A stretch of DNA of 62,581 nt, filler included, from Globobulimina sp. (Eukaryota): the NCBI GenBank assembly GCA_003354225.1. It is 25 parts of 25 records of this genome, joined end to end, with 100 filler letters (N's around TTAATTAATTAA, not from the genome) between each part and the next. Parts side by side here need not be neighbours in the genome. Positions count along the whole stretch, not along the records: positions 50,154 to 52,559 come from PIVH01006866.1; positions 52,660 to 55,065 come from PIVH01006867.1; positions 55,166 to 57,571 come from PIVH01006868.1; positions 57,672 to 60,076 come from PIVH01006869.1; positions 60,177 to 62,581 come from PIVH01006870.1; 20 more parts are not named here. One strand, 5' to 3'. Positions within the stretch are counted from its first letter, which is position 1. Every line of letters begins with the position of its first letter. Shown here in pieces: positions 50,054-60,708 of this stretch. Position numbers and translations under genes: made by a program. The notes beneath the pieces were generated by a model that worked only from the letters and a program-made list of their open reading frames with translations, was not told the origin of the DNA and made no database searches.

Positions 50054-50336
50054 NNNNNNNNNNNNNNNNNNNNNNNNNNNNNNNNNNNNNNNNNNNNTTA
50101 ATTAATTAANNNNNNNNNNNNNNNNNNNNNNNNNNNNNNNNNNNNNNNNNNNNTTTTTTCATTTTATGTTTGCCTTTACATGGTATTGGCTTTATATATA
50201 CAGTTTAATTTTACTTCTTTTTGATTATTAATTGTTTTAAAGGAAAAACAACACATATAATCTGTGCAAAATAATCATTTTTCAAACTTCACACTTATTC
50301 TTTTTTCATCCTATCATATAGAACAATCATTCAACA

Positions 50337-50750
50337 ATGCCACATACTCCACCTCCGGCTCATAGAAATGATCATGAATTCAATGATCAACAAACTGAGT
50401 TATGCAATTATCTCCAAAAAGAAGCAGCATCACAACTCAATTTTAGTGCAAATAAAATGATAAATGCTGTATATATTGAGGACGAATCTAAAAGTCGTAG
50501 TTCTCTTAAATCAGATACAAACCCATCAACAATTGCTCGTGAGGCGAAATCAAAAGAAGGTCTATCATTAACGGTACAATTTGACGAAAGTGTTGTTGTT
50601 CGATCCTTTTCTGAAATATATACCCAACCTTTAAAAGGAAACGACAACAAAAGCTGTTGGACTGTCGTTAAAAAAAAAGCAAAACAGATAAATAAGACGA
50701 CAACAATGATTTTAATGGTGATCGGTGTCATATTGTTAATTTGTATATAA
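50337..50750 (+). CDS. Small tail-anchored membrane protein
   Basis: 137-aa ORF ending in a basic stretch plus a hydrophobic helix. Confidence 0.55.
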   Translation: MPHTPPPAHRNDHEFNDQQTELCNYLQKEAASQLNFSANKMINAVYIEDESKSRSSLKSDTNPSTIAREAKSKEGLSLTVQFDESVVVRSFSEIYTQPLKGNDNKSCWTVVKKKAKQINKTTTMILMVIGVILLICI

Positions 50751-51346
50751 ATATGTTTTATGTCATATAATGTATGAAAGTAAGTACTTCGCTGAATATT
50801 TAATACACTTTGCACGGCGTACACAATTGTTTTATATTTATAAATACTGTGTTCTTGCTGTTTTTTGCTTTTTTGTGTTTCATGAAATTGTTTGTGCGAT
50901 TTACGTACTCATCATATTGTCCTAATATATTTTTATTTTGTTTGGCTTTAAGATGAAAAACAGCTTAAATGGATGTTTTTCATCTTAATTGTTATTTGTT
51001 ACATTCGTTTGTTTTACTTTATTGGCTTGTTTTTTTTTTCACTTTAGCCCTAAATTTAATGGATTTGGATATTTTAGGCTAGAGTCGCAATTTGTATATA
51101 TTTTATTGTTGTCTTTTTTTTGATGTTTTCACGTTTTTCTCAAATGAAAATATGTCTATGTTTTATAATGTTGATGACAAGTTCAAGTTTACTGCATATC
51201 ACATATAAAATAATTGAGGTTCCTAAGTTCGATACATGTACATTGAAGATTTATATATTATAGCAAAGCAGCTGAAATTATCACAAAAAGTAGAATTATC
51301 ACGAAAAGTGGTGTAATTTCAGCAAAGCAGCACTGTGTGCACAAAA

Positions 51347-52219
51347 TTATAATTTTCCAGATTTATCAACAAATTTCTTGGCATGGCCTGTTTTGAATCC
51401 AATTTGTTTGAGTTCTTCCACAGATATATCTTTCCAATATAATGGATCGTCATATCCTTCATCATCAATTAAAACATTTTTATATTGACTTAAATTCCAT
51501 TGGGTCAGTAATTCCACAGCATCCAATACCTTCTCTTTCGAAACACCACTACTTTTAATTTTATTTTCTATCTCATGCTCTGCTGAACCGCTACGGTTAT
51601 AACTCGATGCTTCCTTTCTATTCATCCGAACGTGTTCCAATGCAGTGTATATTTTCTTTGCTGATATTTGTTTAATTTCAAATGAATCAATAACGTCCGA
51701 CATATCCTCCATAGAATTAAAATCCTGGCCAGTTATCTCCTGCTCCGATATAGCGCAAACCACTTTTCTTTCAATCGATACACTTAAATTTAAGCTACAT
51801 ATCCATTCTTGCAATTCATTACATGTCCATTTATTTATATGCTTACTTTGCCAGCTGCACGCAAACACAACTTTGCTTTGTTTTGATTTTGCCACTGGGG
51901 CTACATCATTGTCGTTATCATTGTCGTTATCATTAATATTTACCTGTTTTTGTTTTACTTTTCTAAACTCTCTAAATACCTTATTTGCTAACATTGGTTG
52001 TTTAATATTTAACACTTTTGCAAACTCTTTAAAATGTTTAACAGCGAACAAATGTCGTCCAGTACACACAGTGGATTTAATGGCTTTTGTCATTATTTCT
52101 TCCCATTTCGTTTCTAAGCCAATGGTTTTTATCCAAGCTAATAAGTCTTTATTTGTCCAATTTCTTATATTTTTGCTATTGAAATTGGTATGCGGTTGTT
52201 TAGTGTTTGGATCATGATC
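51347..52219 (-). CDS. Tandem SAM-domain protein, C-terminal part
   Basis: 'WTNKDLLAWI..IGL', 'WTCNELQEWI..LNL', 'LSQYKNVLIDDEGYD...ELKQIGFKTGHAKKF'. Confidence 0.8.
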   Translation of the reverse strand, partial: DHDPNTKQPHTNFNSKNIRNWTNKDLLAWIKTIGLETKWEEIMTKAIKSTVCTGRHLFAVKHFKEFAKVLNIKQPMLANKVFREFRKVKQKQVNINDNDNDNDNDVAPVAKSKQSKVVFACSWQSKHINKWTCNELQEWICSLNLSVSIERKVVCAISEQEITGQDFNSMEDMSDVIDSFEIKQISAKKIYTALEHVRMNRKEASSYNRSGSAEHEIENKIKSSGVSKEKVLDAVELLTQWNLSQYKNVLIDDEGYDDPLYWKDISVEELKQIGFKTGHAKKFVDKSGKL

Positions 52220-52387
52220 ACGAATTCGTTCCTTGTCCAAGCGGTCGATGCCGACACATTGCTCGGGGAGCTCACCTCCAAGCGTAGGGTTTGCCTTGGT
52301 GGCATAATCTGTCTGGTAGTGCGCGATATTACTCATTGCTTGGTAAGCTCGCTTGAAAGCATCGTACACGCACGCCCAATATTCTGG
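52220..52387 (-). mobile_element. Short GC-rich fragment resembling Helitron Rep (HUH) motif 3
   Basis: 'AYQAMSNIAHYQTDYATKANPTL...GIDRL' contains Y-x3-Y-x-T-K; composition shifts abruptly from the flanking SAM gene. Confidence 0.45.
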
Positions 52388-52659
52388 TCATGTACGACAG
52401 CATCAAGAGCAAACCGCCCGAAGGTTCGGCTTTTGACCTGAACCTGGCCACACCGCTGATCGAAGGTATGGGACAGGCCCTGGGTACCTGGCCGCCGGCC
52501 GCCGGCGTCGGTTTGTGGAGCGACTGGCAGAGCAATCCGGTGTACCAGTGGTTCGACGANNNNNNNNNNNNNNNNNNNNNNNNNNNNNNNNNNNNNNNNN
52601 NNNTTAATTAATTAANNNNNNNNNNNNNNNNNNNNNNNNNNNNNNNNNNNNNNNNNNNN

Positions 52660-53453
52660 GCATTTAGTTTGTGATGATGGTACACACAAAATACCCCACA
52701 GACACATATTGATATTAATATGCCACAGAGAACGCCGATTGATATTAATATGAATGCATTGGATAATAAATTCGTATCAACAACAGAAACGTTAACAGTT
52801 TGCGATGTTGATATCGGATTTGTTGTAGAAAGTGTTTGATCTGTAACCATACCGTCAACTGGCCCAATATGTGCAATTAATACATCGTCAACACACTTAT
52901 TTGTGTCTTGCATTGCGCAGATTTTAGAATATTTACAATCACCATAATGTACCATTGGATTAGCACTCTGTGACCAACAATTATTTGTTGTGGAATTATT
53001 AATGCATTGTAAATTGACTGTATTATAGTGTATTGCATATATATTTATATTATTTAAACCGTTTTGAGTGCCAAAATATGAGATATTGCATGAATTATCT
53101 ATTTCATTGGTTGGACAATATATTTCCGAAAAAGATAATGCATTTTGTCCATTGCTGTTAATATTTAAAGATGATGAGTTTTGTGATGAAATTAGCATGT
53201 GATTACAGGATTTATTGTTACATGTTACAAAGCATTTTAATAATGGAGATTGTGGACATATGATGGTAGAAAATGCACATGCTCCGTTGTAACAATATAC
53301 GATACAATCTTCATGTGATTGCCATGTCATGGTTTCATTCGCACATTGATCTGTTCCCATACATTCAATCAGTTCAGCAACGTTAACACATAATTGGTGA
53401 ATAGCTATGAAAATGCAGAATAATTGTATTTGCAATTGACAGCAGGGTGACAT
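52660..53453 (-). CDS. Cys-rich type I membrane protein, 3' partial
   Basis: Signal peptide; repeated 'C...C....C...I.CP' units; a transmembrane helix near the contig end. Confidence 0.7.
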
Positions 53454-53653
53454 TGCTTTTTTTTGAGATAAGACAATTTGAGTCAAAGATAATTTTTAAA
53501 GTAAAAAATGCTGCAAAATCATCAACCAGTGAGCTAGTCATCATCACCAAAACAAAATATCAGCACAAATATCTTACCCAAAAGACATAATATCCTATTA
53601 ATCTCTTCGTTTAGTCAAAAAAACTTCATGTTACTTACTTCAACTCACTTATA

Positions 53654-54988
53654 ATGGCACAGCTCCCAGTAACATATCCTGTACTAAATGAGCCAGCAGT
53701 AACATATGCAATATGGGAAACAGGATCAGAGAATGAATTAGAGACTCAATTAACCTCCGACCAACAACAAACACTAATCGCCCATTGGAATGACGCTTGT
53801 TCGTTATACAAACATACAAAAGAAAAACTAAACCATACCACAAATCTGTGCAGATACAACAAATTAAAACAACAAATGAATGAACGCTTAGAACATCGCG
53901 ATGATTACTTCCATAATATTCAGAAAAAAGAGCAACACAAAACCGTCGAATTAGAAACCAATTTGGAATGGAATTATTTATTAATTTGCATTCAACAGTT
54001 ACTCAAATTAAATAACGAAAATGTGTCCTATCACTTATTAGCAATTCAAATCTACCAATCTCACCCCATAAATATGAATTATTTATTATCTGCCATAAAA
54101 TCCTGCGATATGGGCATTAAGCTATGTTTGTTGCATTTAAATGGTTATCATTCTTCATTTTATCTCTGGATCACTACTTTTTATGTGTTAAAAGCACAGA
54201 TTTTATTCCAACAACGACAATGGTGCACAGTCATTAAATGCATTGCGCCGTCTCTTAAATATCAGCAATCGGAAAATATCCATTTATTATACAACCTTCG
54301 AGCCTCTGCATATTGCGAATTGAAGCAATTTCAAAAAGCAATCACCGGTATTTTCTACACATTTTTACTAGAGTTTTCACTGAAAATTTTCGAGCTTAAA
54401 CATTTGAACCTTGTCACAGATTATGGCTTAGCCATCGACAAAGCTAAAGAGCCTTCTTCGTATTACAATTCTCGCGGTACATGTTGGCATGAGTTGGGTT
54501 CCTATAATCAGGCTTTGAATGACTACAACCACGCCATTGAGTGCAATGAGAAATGTGTGTCAGCTTTCAATAACCGAGCGAGTTTATACGTGGATATGAA
54601 ACAATATAAAAAAGCTCTCTGTGATGCCAATCAAGGACTGAAAATCTACGAAAATCATGGAAATCTGTACAAACATCGCGGTTTGGCACATTTTTTTTTG
54701 GAAAATTATAGCCAGTGCTTAATCGATATGCAATTATCGATTAAGTTTGCCCCCAAATACCGGCCCGCACGTATTACGTTGAAAATGTTTTGGGATTTTT
54801 ATTATAATCATTTGAATCAAATTGTAGCTGAAATACATAGCGATATCTTAATTATTTTGATTGATTATATTGTTGGCAACAATTACCATACGGACGATAA
54901 TATGGTGGATGCGACCTATGCGGATTGGAAGAAAGAAATGGCTTTGATTGAGGAAGAGAGGAAGAAAAGAAATGAAAATGTTAATTGA
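53654..54988 (+). CDS. TPR-repeat protein with a probable in-frame 72-nt intron (54348-54419)
   Basis: 'YNSRGTCWHELGSYNQALNDYNHAI', 'AFNNRASLY'; splicing restores 'QKAITDYGLAI'. Confidence 0.85.
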   Translation: MAQLPVTYPVLNEPAVTYAIWETGSENELETQLTSDQQQTLIAHWNDACSLYKHTKEKLNHTTNLCRYNKLKQQMNERLEHRDDYFHNIQKKEQHKTVELETNLEWNYLLICIQQLLKLNNENVSYHLLAIQIYQSHPINMNYLLSAIKSCDMGIKLCLLHLNGYHSSFYLWITTFYVLKAQILFQQRQWCTVIKCIAPSLKYQQSENIHLLYNLRASAYCELKQFQKAITGIFYTFLLEFSLKIFELKHLNLVTDYGLAIDKAKEPSSYYNSRGTCWHELGSYNQALNDYNHAIECNEKCVSAFNNRASLYVDMKQYKKALCDANQGLKIYENHGNLYKHRGLAHFFLENYSQCLIDMQLSIKFAPKYRPARITLKMFWDFYYNHLNQIVAEIHSDILIILIDYIVGNNYHTDDNMVDATYADWKKEMALIEEERKKRNENVN

Positions 54989-55666
54989 CTTTTTTCATTT
55001 TGTACCATATATTTTTATTTTCTTTGTCAATTTTGGGCATACGTTTGCGTGGTGTGCCCTGATACNNNNNNNNNNNNNNNNNNNNNNNNNNNNNNNNNNN
55101 NNNNNNNNNTTAATTAATTAANNNNNNNNNNNNNNNNNNNNNNNNNNNNNNNNNNNNNNNNNNNNTGCCCGGCTGAATAAGGAGAAAGCAAAGAGAAAAA
55201 GATTAAACTTGCTGCCATTCCCAAACAGCAGAGGTTCCGGACAAAGACAAACAACGACGAAGAATGCCGCCAGATCTGCTAATAAAACCAATGAAAAGTC
55301 CGAGATTTAATCCTAATCAGAAAAAGACCCAGAATCAAATAATTAATAATCTATGTAAATATGCATATAAATTTGTTGTTTTATCCCCCAACTTTTCCCT
55401 CCAACTTTTTGTACCTATGATTGCTACGAATGAAGACAGAGAATATTTTGTAATTACGGACTTTCATTTTGAGTGTGTAACTCATTGGAATCCGTGTATA
55501 CAACTTACAAAATCCTCTACTTCTGAATTATTTTTTATGTGTCAAATATGCCATCATAATAATGTGATATTATTAATTCAATTGCAATCCTCCAGTCCAC
55601 CACTCTTGAACCAAAATAATAAAACAGCATACAATAAAAAAGTACACGCACAGCAAAATAGACAAT

Positions 55667-57559
55667 ATGGTGTGTTATAAAATAATGCAATTTAATGTCA
55701 GCGGCATAATAAACCCATCAAAATTGACACAATCAGACAAATGCAACAGATTAAACCAAATAATACAAGCTAAACAAATTGATTTTGTGCTGCTTCAAGA
55801 ATGGAGCGCCACACTTAGATATGCTCTATATCCAAACCAATCCCATTACATTGACAAAAATAATAGATCGCACCCCATAAAGTTCCCAATCCAATTCTTC
55901 CCAAACTACAAAGTCCACCATATAGGAACTGAAACTGCCATCCTTTACAGACGTACACTAAACATAACGCCATTGCAACCGCCTACAAACTATGATAAAT
56001 CCGAACGCACGAAAAATTGCCACATAACGAGTATCATTCTACATAGCGGCGACCTACATATTGGCATACATTCCATTTATAATTGTCCGAGTAATCCAAA
56101 TATTGACCAAATGTTTGATTATACATTAACAGTGGACAGAAATATAATAGCCGGCGATTTTAATATCCCCAATGTAATATGGGGGAGCAACAGATCGACG
56201 GCAGAATCGGATAATTTCATTGAGGGATTACATAATTTAAACCTACAGATTTTAAACATTAACAATCCATCATATACCCATATACATAGATCGTGCGGCA
56301 CAAAGTCTTGCATTGACCTAACCCTAATATCCGATTCCCTAAAATACACAAAATGGAATATTCTCCATTCGCTATATGATAAAGATCATTCTGATCATAT
56401 TCCAATTGTGACGACCATTGAAGTGTCGCAGTCCTTTGGTTTTGATGAGACAAAGAAAACCTGGAACTTAAGTAACCAAAGAAAGTGGAGTGAGTTTACA
56501 GAAACGCTTGAAAACACATTAAAAGATACAACATTTGATCCGGATCCAAATATACATACAGAACAACTTACATTTTTAATTTTATATATCTCCGAACAAA
56601 CAATTGGTTATAAACACTTCTATAGAGGTCACAAACCATGGTGGAATATTAAAATCAAGAAATTAAAGAAAAAATGCAAGCGGCTAAGAAGAAGAATACA
56701 GAGAATGAAGAAAAATGCCAACAGAATGAAAATTGACTTCCACCGATTCCCCAGATATATGAAAGAAAAAGCCAAATTAAATAAAACCCAATCCCGTAAA
56801 TATAGAGCGATAACGGCAGCAAAATCCAAATACACCGATAAAATAAATAGATATATACAAACGTGCAAGGATTATGGCCGCCGCTTTTGGAGAACAATAA
56901 CAAATAATAAATCGAACCAAATAGACACTAATAACATTCCTCCATTGAATTATAAACAAAATAAAGATATAACTGATCCGAAACTGCAGGCGAAGGCCCT
57001 CCATGAAGCGATGACCAGACCGCCCAAACCACAGTCAAACCATAAACATACAGCGTGGCACAAGTATGTCAATAAATTCGTGCCAGAATTCCTGGTAAAT
57101 CATCGAAGAAATCCCGATGAAATGAATAACGATCAACATAATATAATAAATGACAAAGTTAAACAAATAACAAATTCCAAAATAGAGTATCCATCCAATA
57201 TAAACACTGAAATCCCACTTAATAATACATCCTACCAAATCCTCAATGATCCTATTAAAATGTATGAAATCCGCAATGTGATCAGGCATTTAGACACCCA
57301 TAAAGCCTATGGGCCAGATAGGATACACAACCAAATGCTCAAACATGGAGGCGATGTGCTAATTAGTTTCCTCCTCCCTCTATTTAACAAATGTATGGCT
57401 TTGGGCGTATTCCCAGGAGTACCGCAAGGATCCGCACTGTCCCCTATATTATATACAGTGGTAACTCCTATAAGAGGAAGAATCATACAAATGATCATAT
57501 TGTATGACTACAGAAGTCTGGGCGACCTTTCCCAGGCAAAATGTGATCCTACATTATAG
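55667..57559 (+). mobile_element. Non-LTR retrotransposon (LINE) ORF2: APE endonuclease plus an internally deleted, truncated RT
   Basis: APE motifs 'MQFNV', 'LQE', 'GDFN', 'IDLT', 'SDH', 'KPWWN'; RT motifs 'KAYGPDRIHNQMLK' and 'GVFP' joined directly to 'GVPQGSALSPILY'; no YADD motif. Confidence 0.9.
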
Positions 57560-57671
57560 AATGTATGATTTNNNNNNNNNNNNNNNNNNNNNNNNNNNNN
57601 NNNNNNNNNNNNNNNTTAATTAATTAANNNNNNNNNNNNNNNNNNNNNNNNNNNNNNNNNNNNNNNNNNNN

Positions 57672-58099
57672 GCATGGCGGGCGAAGCACGGACTAATGAG
57701 ATCTACAATGAGTTGAAAAAAACTGCCCAGCTACACAAACAAGGAGAGGAGGCACAAAATGTTAAAACTGAACATGAAAAGTTTTTGGAGAATGTACTGA
57801 AGTGTGCGAATGCATTTGGTGTTGATCTAAATACTGATGATGATGAACAAAATAACACGACTGCGTATAGTCGATTTTATGATCGATTTGGTAATGTAAG
57901 TCCTAGCAATACATCACCATTAATGATGCCTACACCATCACAGTCGCATTCATTGGATGTAAATAATAATTTTAATAATAACGGGATTATGGTTATGGAC
58001 GAAAAGGAAGAAGAAAAAGAAGAGGAGGACAATAGTGGTAAGAATAAAAAAATAATTGTTTTGATTAAACCAAATTTAAATATGAATCATCAAGACTGA
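57672..58099 (+). CDS. Hypothetical protein, C-terminal fragment
   Basis: ORF open from the contig start; low-complexity N/E-rich sequence. Confidence 0.45.
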
Positions 58100-58528
58100 T
58101 ATATATATTTTATTTATTTTTCTTTTTATTTTTTTTCTATATATTTTGGTGGTTTGTTTATATAAGTTTTGTAAGTATTAGATAACAAAAAGAATGTGTA
58201 TGAATCCAAAATGAGTATACATATTGGATTCGATATATCATTCATATAATTATAAATATTCTAATGTTTTTGTTGAATCGTTTAAGTAGTAATTAGCGTT
58301 GTGTTTTTTCTCTTGTGTTTTATTCATTGTTTTAATTATTTAGAATGACTGGATCCGATAAATCATATACAAATGGAACAATTAATATAGTTGCGAATTG
58401 AATGCTGTGTAGTTTATTTGTCAACTCTGACAGTACCCAGAAAGTTTTGGAAATTCACATTTGAGTCAAAATCAATTGAAAAAATAACAGAAGAAAGACA
58501 CGAAACAACAACAACAAAAGAATACGGG

Positions 58529-58941
58529 ATGCTTATTATACCATCAATGGCGTTGATATTAGTATCAATTGCATCATTTAGTGTTGTTAAAGGTATGCCA
58601 TTATTCCCGTATAAACTAAACATGTTTTCAAGTATCCATATATATTGTATTAAGGTTATGATTATTGTGAATGTCCATCTGTTTATTATTGTCATGGAGA
58701 TATATTACCAGTTTGCGAATGTGGTAGTGGTTCCGGCCCAACTTATAATGATCCGGGCCAATGGGAGTATTGGGCACATAAAGATACAGTGAATTATGAT
58801 AATCATTACGATGATAATAATGTTATTGAATTTAAACTTACTTCTTATAGTTTTTACGGATGGATGGTGATCATATTCTTATTGTTACTTAATGTTTTAA
58901 TTTATGCATTCTTTTATTGTACAAAATCAAAAAAAATGTAA
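58529..58941 (+). CDS. Small Cys-rich single-pass membrane protein, paralog A (intron 58593-58654)
   Basis: Spliced product MLIIPSMALILVSIASFSVVKG-YDYCECPSVYYCHGDILPVCECG...HKDTVNYDNH...TM...KSKKM*. Confidence 0.8.
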
Positions 58942-59055
58942 GAACAAAACACTGCAATTTATTATGTAAAGAAAATAACCATATCCTTGTACCTTATCTC
59001 AATTTTTGCAAAATCGCAATATTGAAAAAATTTTAATTGGTTCTTAACTTCAAAC

Positions 59056-59495
59056 ATGGTCAGACCTCTAGCACTGATATTCGTTTTTTTTTTATCGGTT
59101 GGGAACGCAACAGGTATTCTTTGAGCTCTTTGTAAATTTCAATTTTTACTGTATAGCAATAACATACGACTGCAGATTATTGTGATTGTCCGTATACTTA
59201 TGAATGTAGTGGAGAAGTAGAACCGATTTGTGATTGTGAAATATATTATGGAATGCCTTCAGATGAATACCCTGATCCTAGCAAATTTATATATGCAGGA
59301 CATAAAGATACAGCAGAGTATGATAATCATCATGACGCGGCAGACGCGACAGAATATATTTCATTTAAAATTAGTTATATTTATTTTTATGGAATCGTAT
59401 CAATTGTATTGCCATTATTAGTAACTGTTGTAATTTGTGCAGCATTTAATTTTGCTAATATCGCACAATCAGTATATAAATGTAATGTTTGTTAA
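59056..59495 (+). CDS. Small Cys-rich single-pass membrane protein, paralog B (intron 59114-59175)
   Basis: Spliced product MVRPLALIFVFFLSVGNAT-DYCDCPYTYECSGEVEPICDCE...HKDTAEYDNH...TM...CNVC*. Confidence 0.8.
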
Positions 59496-59667
59496 CATTG
59501 TTTTGCTGATAATTAAATATTACTACTTGTTATATAAATATTAAATGAAAACAACGCGAGCAATAATCTGTTTAGTCTGTTGTTTCTCTCTTATCTCAAC
59601 GGTATAAATCCGACAACAGACAGATTTTTGGACCTAAAACAATACTGTAAGTTAAGGGAGTACTTTT

Positions 59668-59743
59668 TAACGATGCTATTAAAAAGATAACCACCCCCTT
59701 AGTCGGTATACAGTGGGGGTTATCTATCTGAATATATCGTTTA
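59668..59743. mobile_element. 76-bp miniature element made almost entirely of the two TIRs of the GATAACCCCC family
   Basis: TAACGAT..AAAAGATAACCACCCC...GGGGGTTATCT..GAATATATCGTTTA forms an imperfect hairpin. Confidence 0.65.
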
Positions 59744-60176
59744 GTTACAAAACCAGTCTCGATCTAATTATTGAAGTTCTAGTCTAACCTAAAACCAGTC
59801 CTCAAAATTTTATGTTGTCGTTAATTGATATAATTAGCCGCTGGTAGGTGATATAACAAGGAAATAAATTAAAATTAATACTTAAAATATATTTCAAAAC
59901 GCACAAAAAAAGAAGATATATTACACAAAATTGCTCGATTGTCTGGGACTAAATTTTATTTTAATATTTGGACTAGGCACAAGCACTGAAGATCCAGGTT
60001 TTAAAGGACCCTTGGGCCACTCAGATACGCACATCTTCATCTGAGGCTTTGTTGCCCGTGTAGCAGTAGCAGTAGCNNNNNNNNNNNNNNNNNNNNNNNN
60101 NNNNNNNNNNNNNNNNNNNNTTAATTAATTAANNNNNNNNNNNNNNNNNNNNNNNNNNNNNNNNNNNNNNNNNNNN

Positions 60177-60399
60177 TATAACCCCCCTGTTTGGATAACC
60201 CCACCTTTGTATACATTTGGTTCAATTATAAATTTGTTCTGACTTTTTTCTGGATTTGCAAACCCAAGACATATAGCAAACATAGAACAAACCTATAGAA
60301 AACCGTTTCTGGATTTGCAAAGCGTTTCTCAGATAATTGAATCAAATGTATACAACTTATCAACCAGGGGTGGGGGTTATCTTTTGGAATATATCGTTA
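60177..60399. mobile_element. MITE of the GATAACCCCC TIR family (left end cut by the contig start)
   Basis: The 5' part matches 37150-37230; right TIR GGGGGTTATCTTTTGGAATATATCGTTA at 60372-60399. Confidence 0.75.
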
Positions 60400-60708
60400 A
60401 GAGGATTGCTTGCCAGCAGCGTGGATTAATAATTCCTTATCACTCTATAATGGTTTATAATGGCAAATGCAACAAAAATGTTCGTATAGCTCAAGCAGAG
60501 CACTGGATTAATCCAGAAGATACAGGTTCGAATCATGTAGTAGGATGATTTTGAATTAGGAATAGAAAAGTTGGAAAATTGAAAAAAGTTTGAAAAAAGC
60601 AAACAATAAAAATCAGACGCTGAAAACATGATACTCTTTTATGTGTTATCTAATCCGAAAGTCAAAAACAATGTGCAGTGAGAGAAAAATTCCAGAAAAT
60701 ATTTCATA

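Noticed and set aside
2410-60176. Regularly spaced TTAATTAATTAA palindromes at about 2.5 kb period
   Set aside because: They are artificial linkers within N runs, and the periodicity comes from size-sorted contigs. They are not a CRISPR array or a biological repeat.
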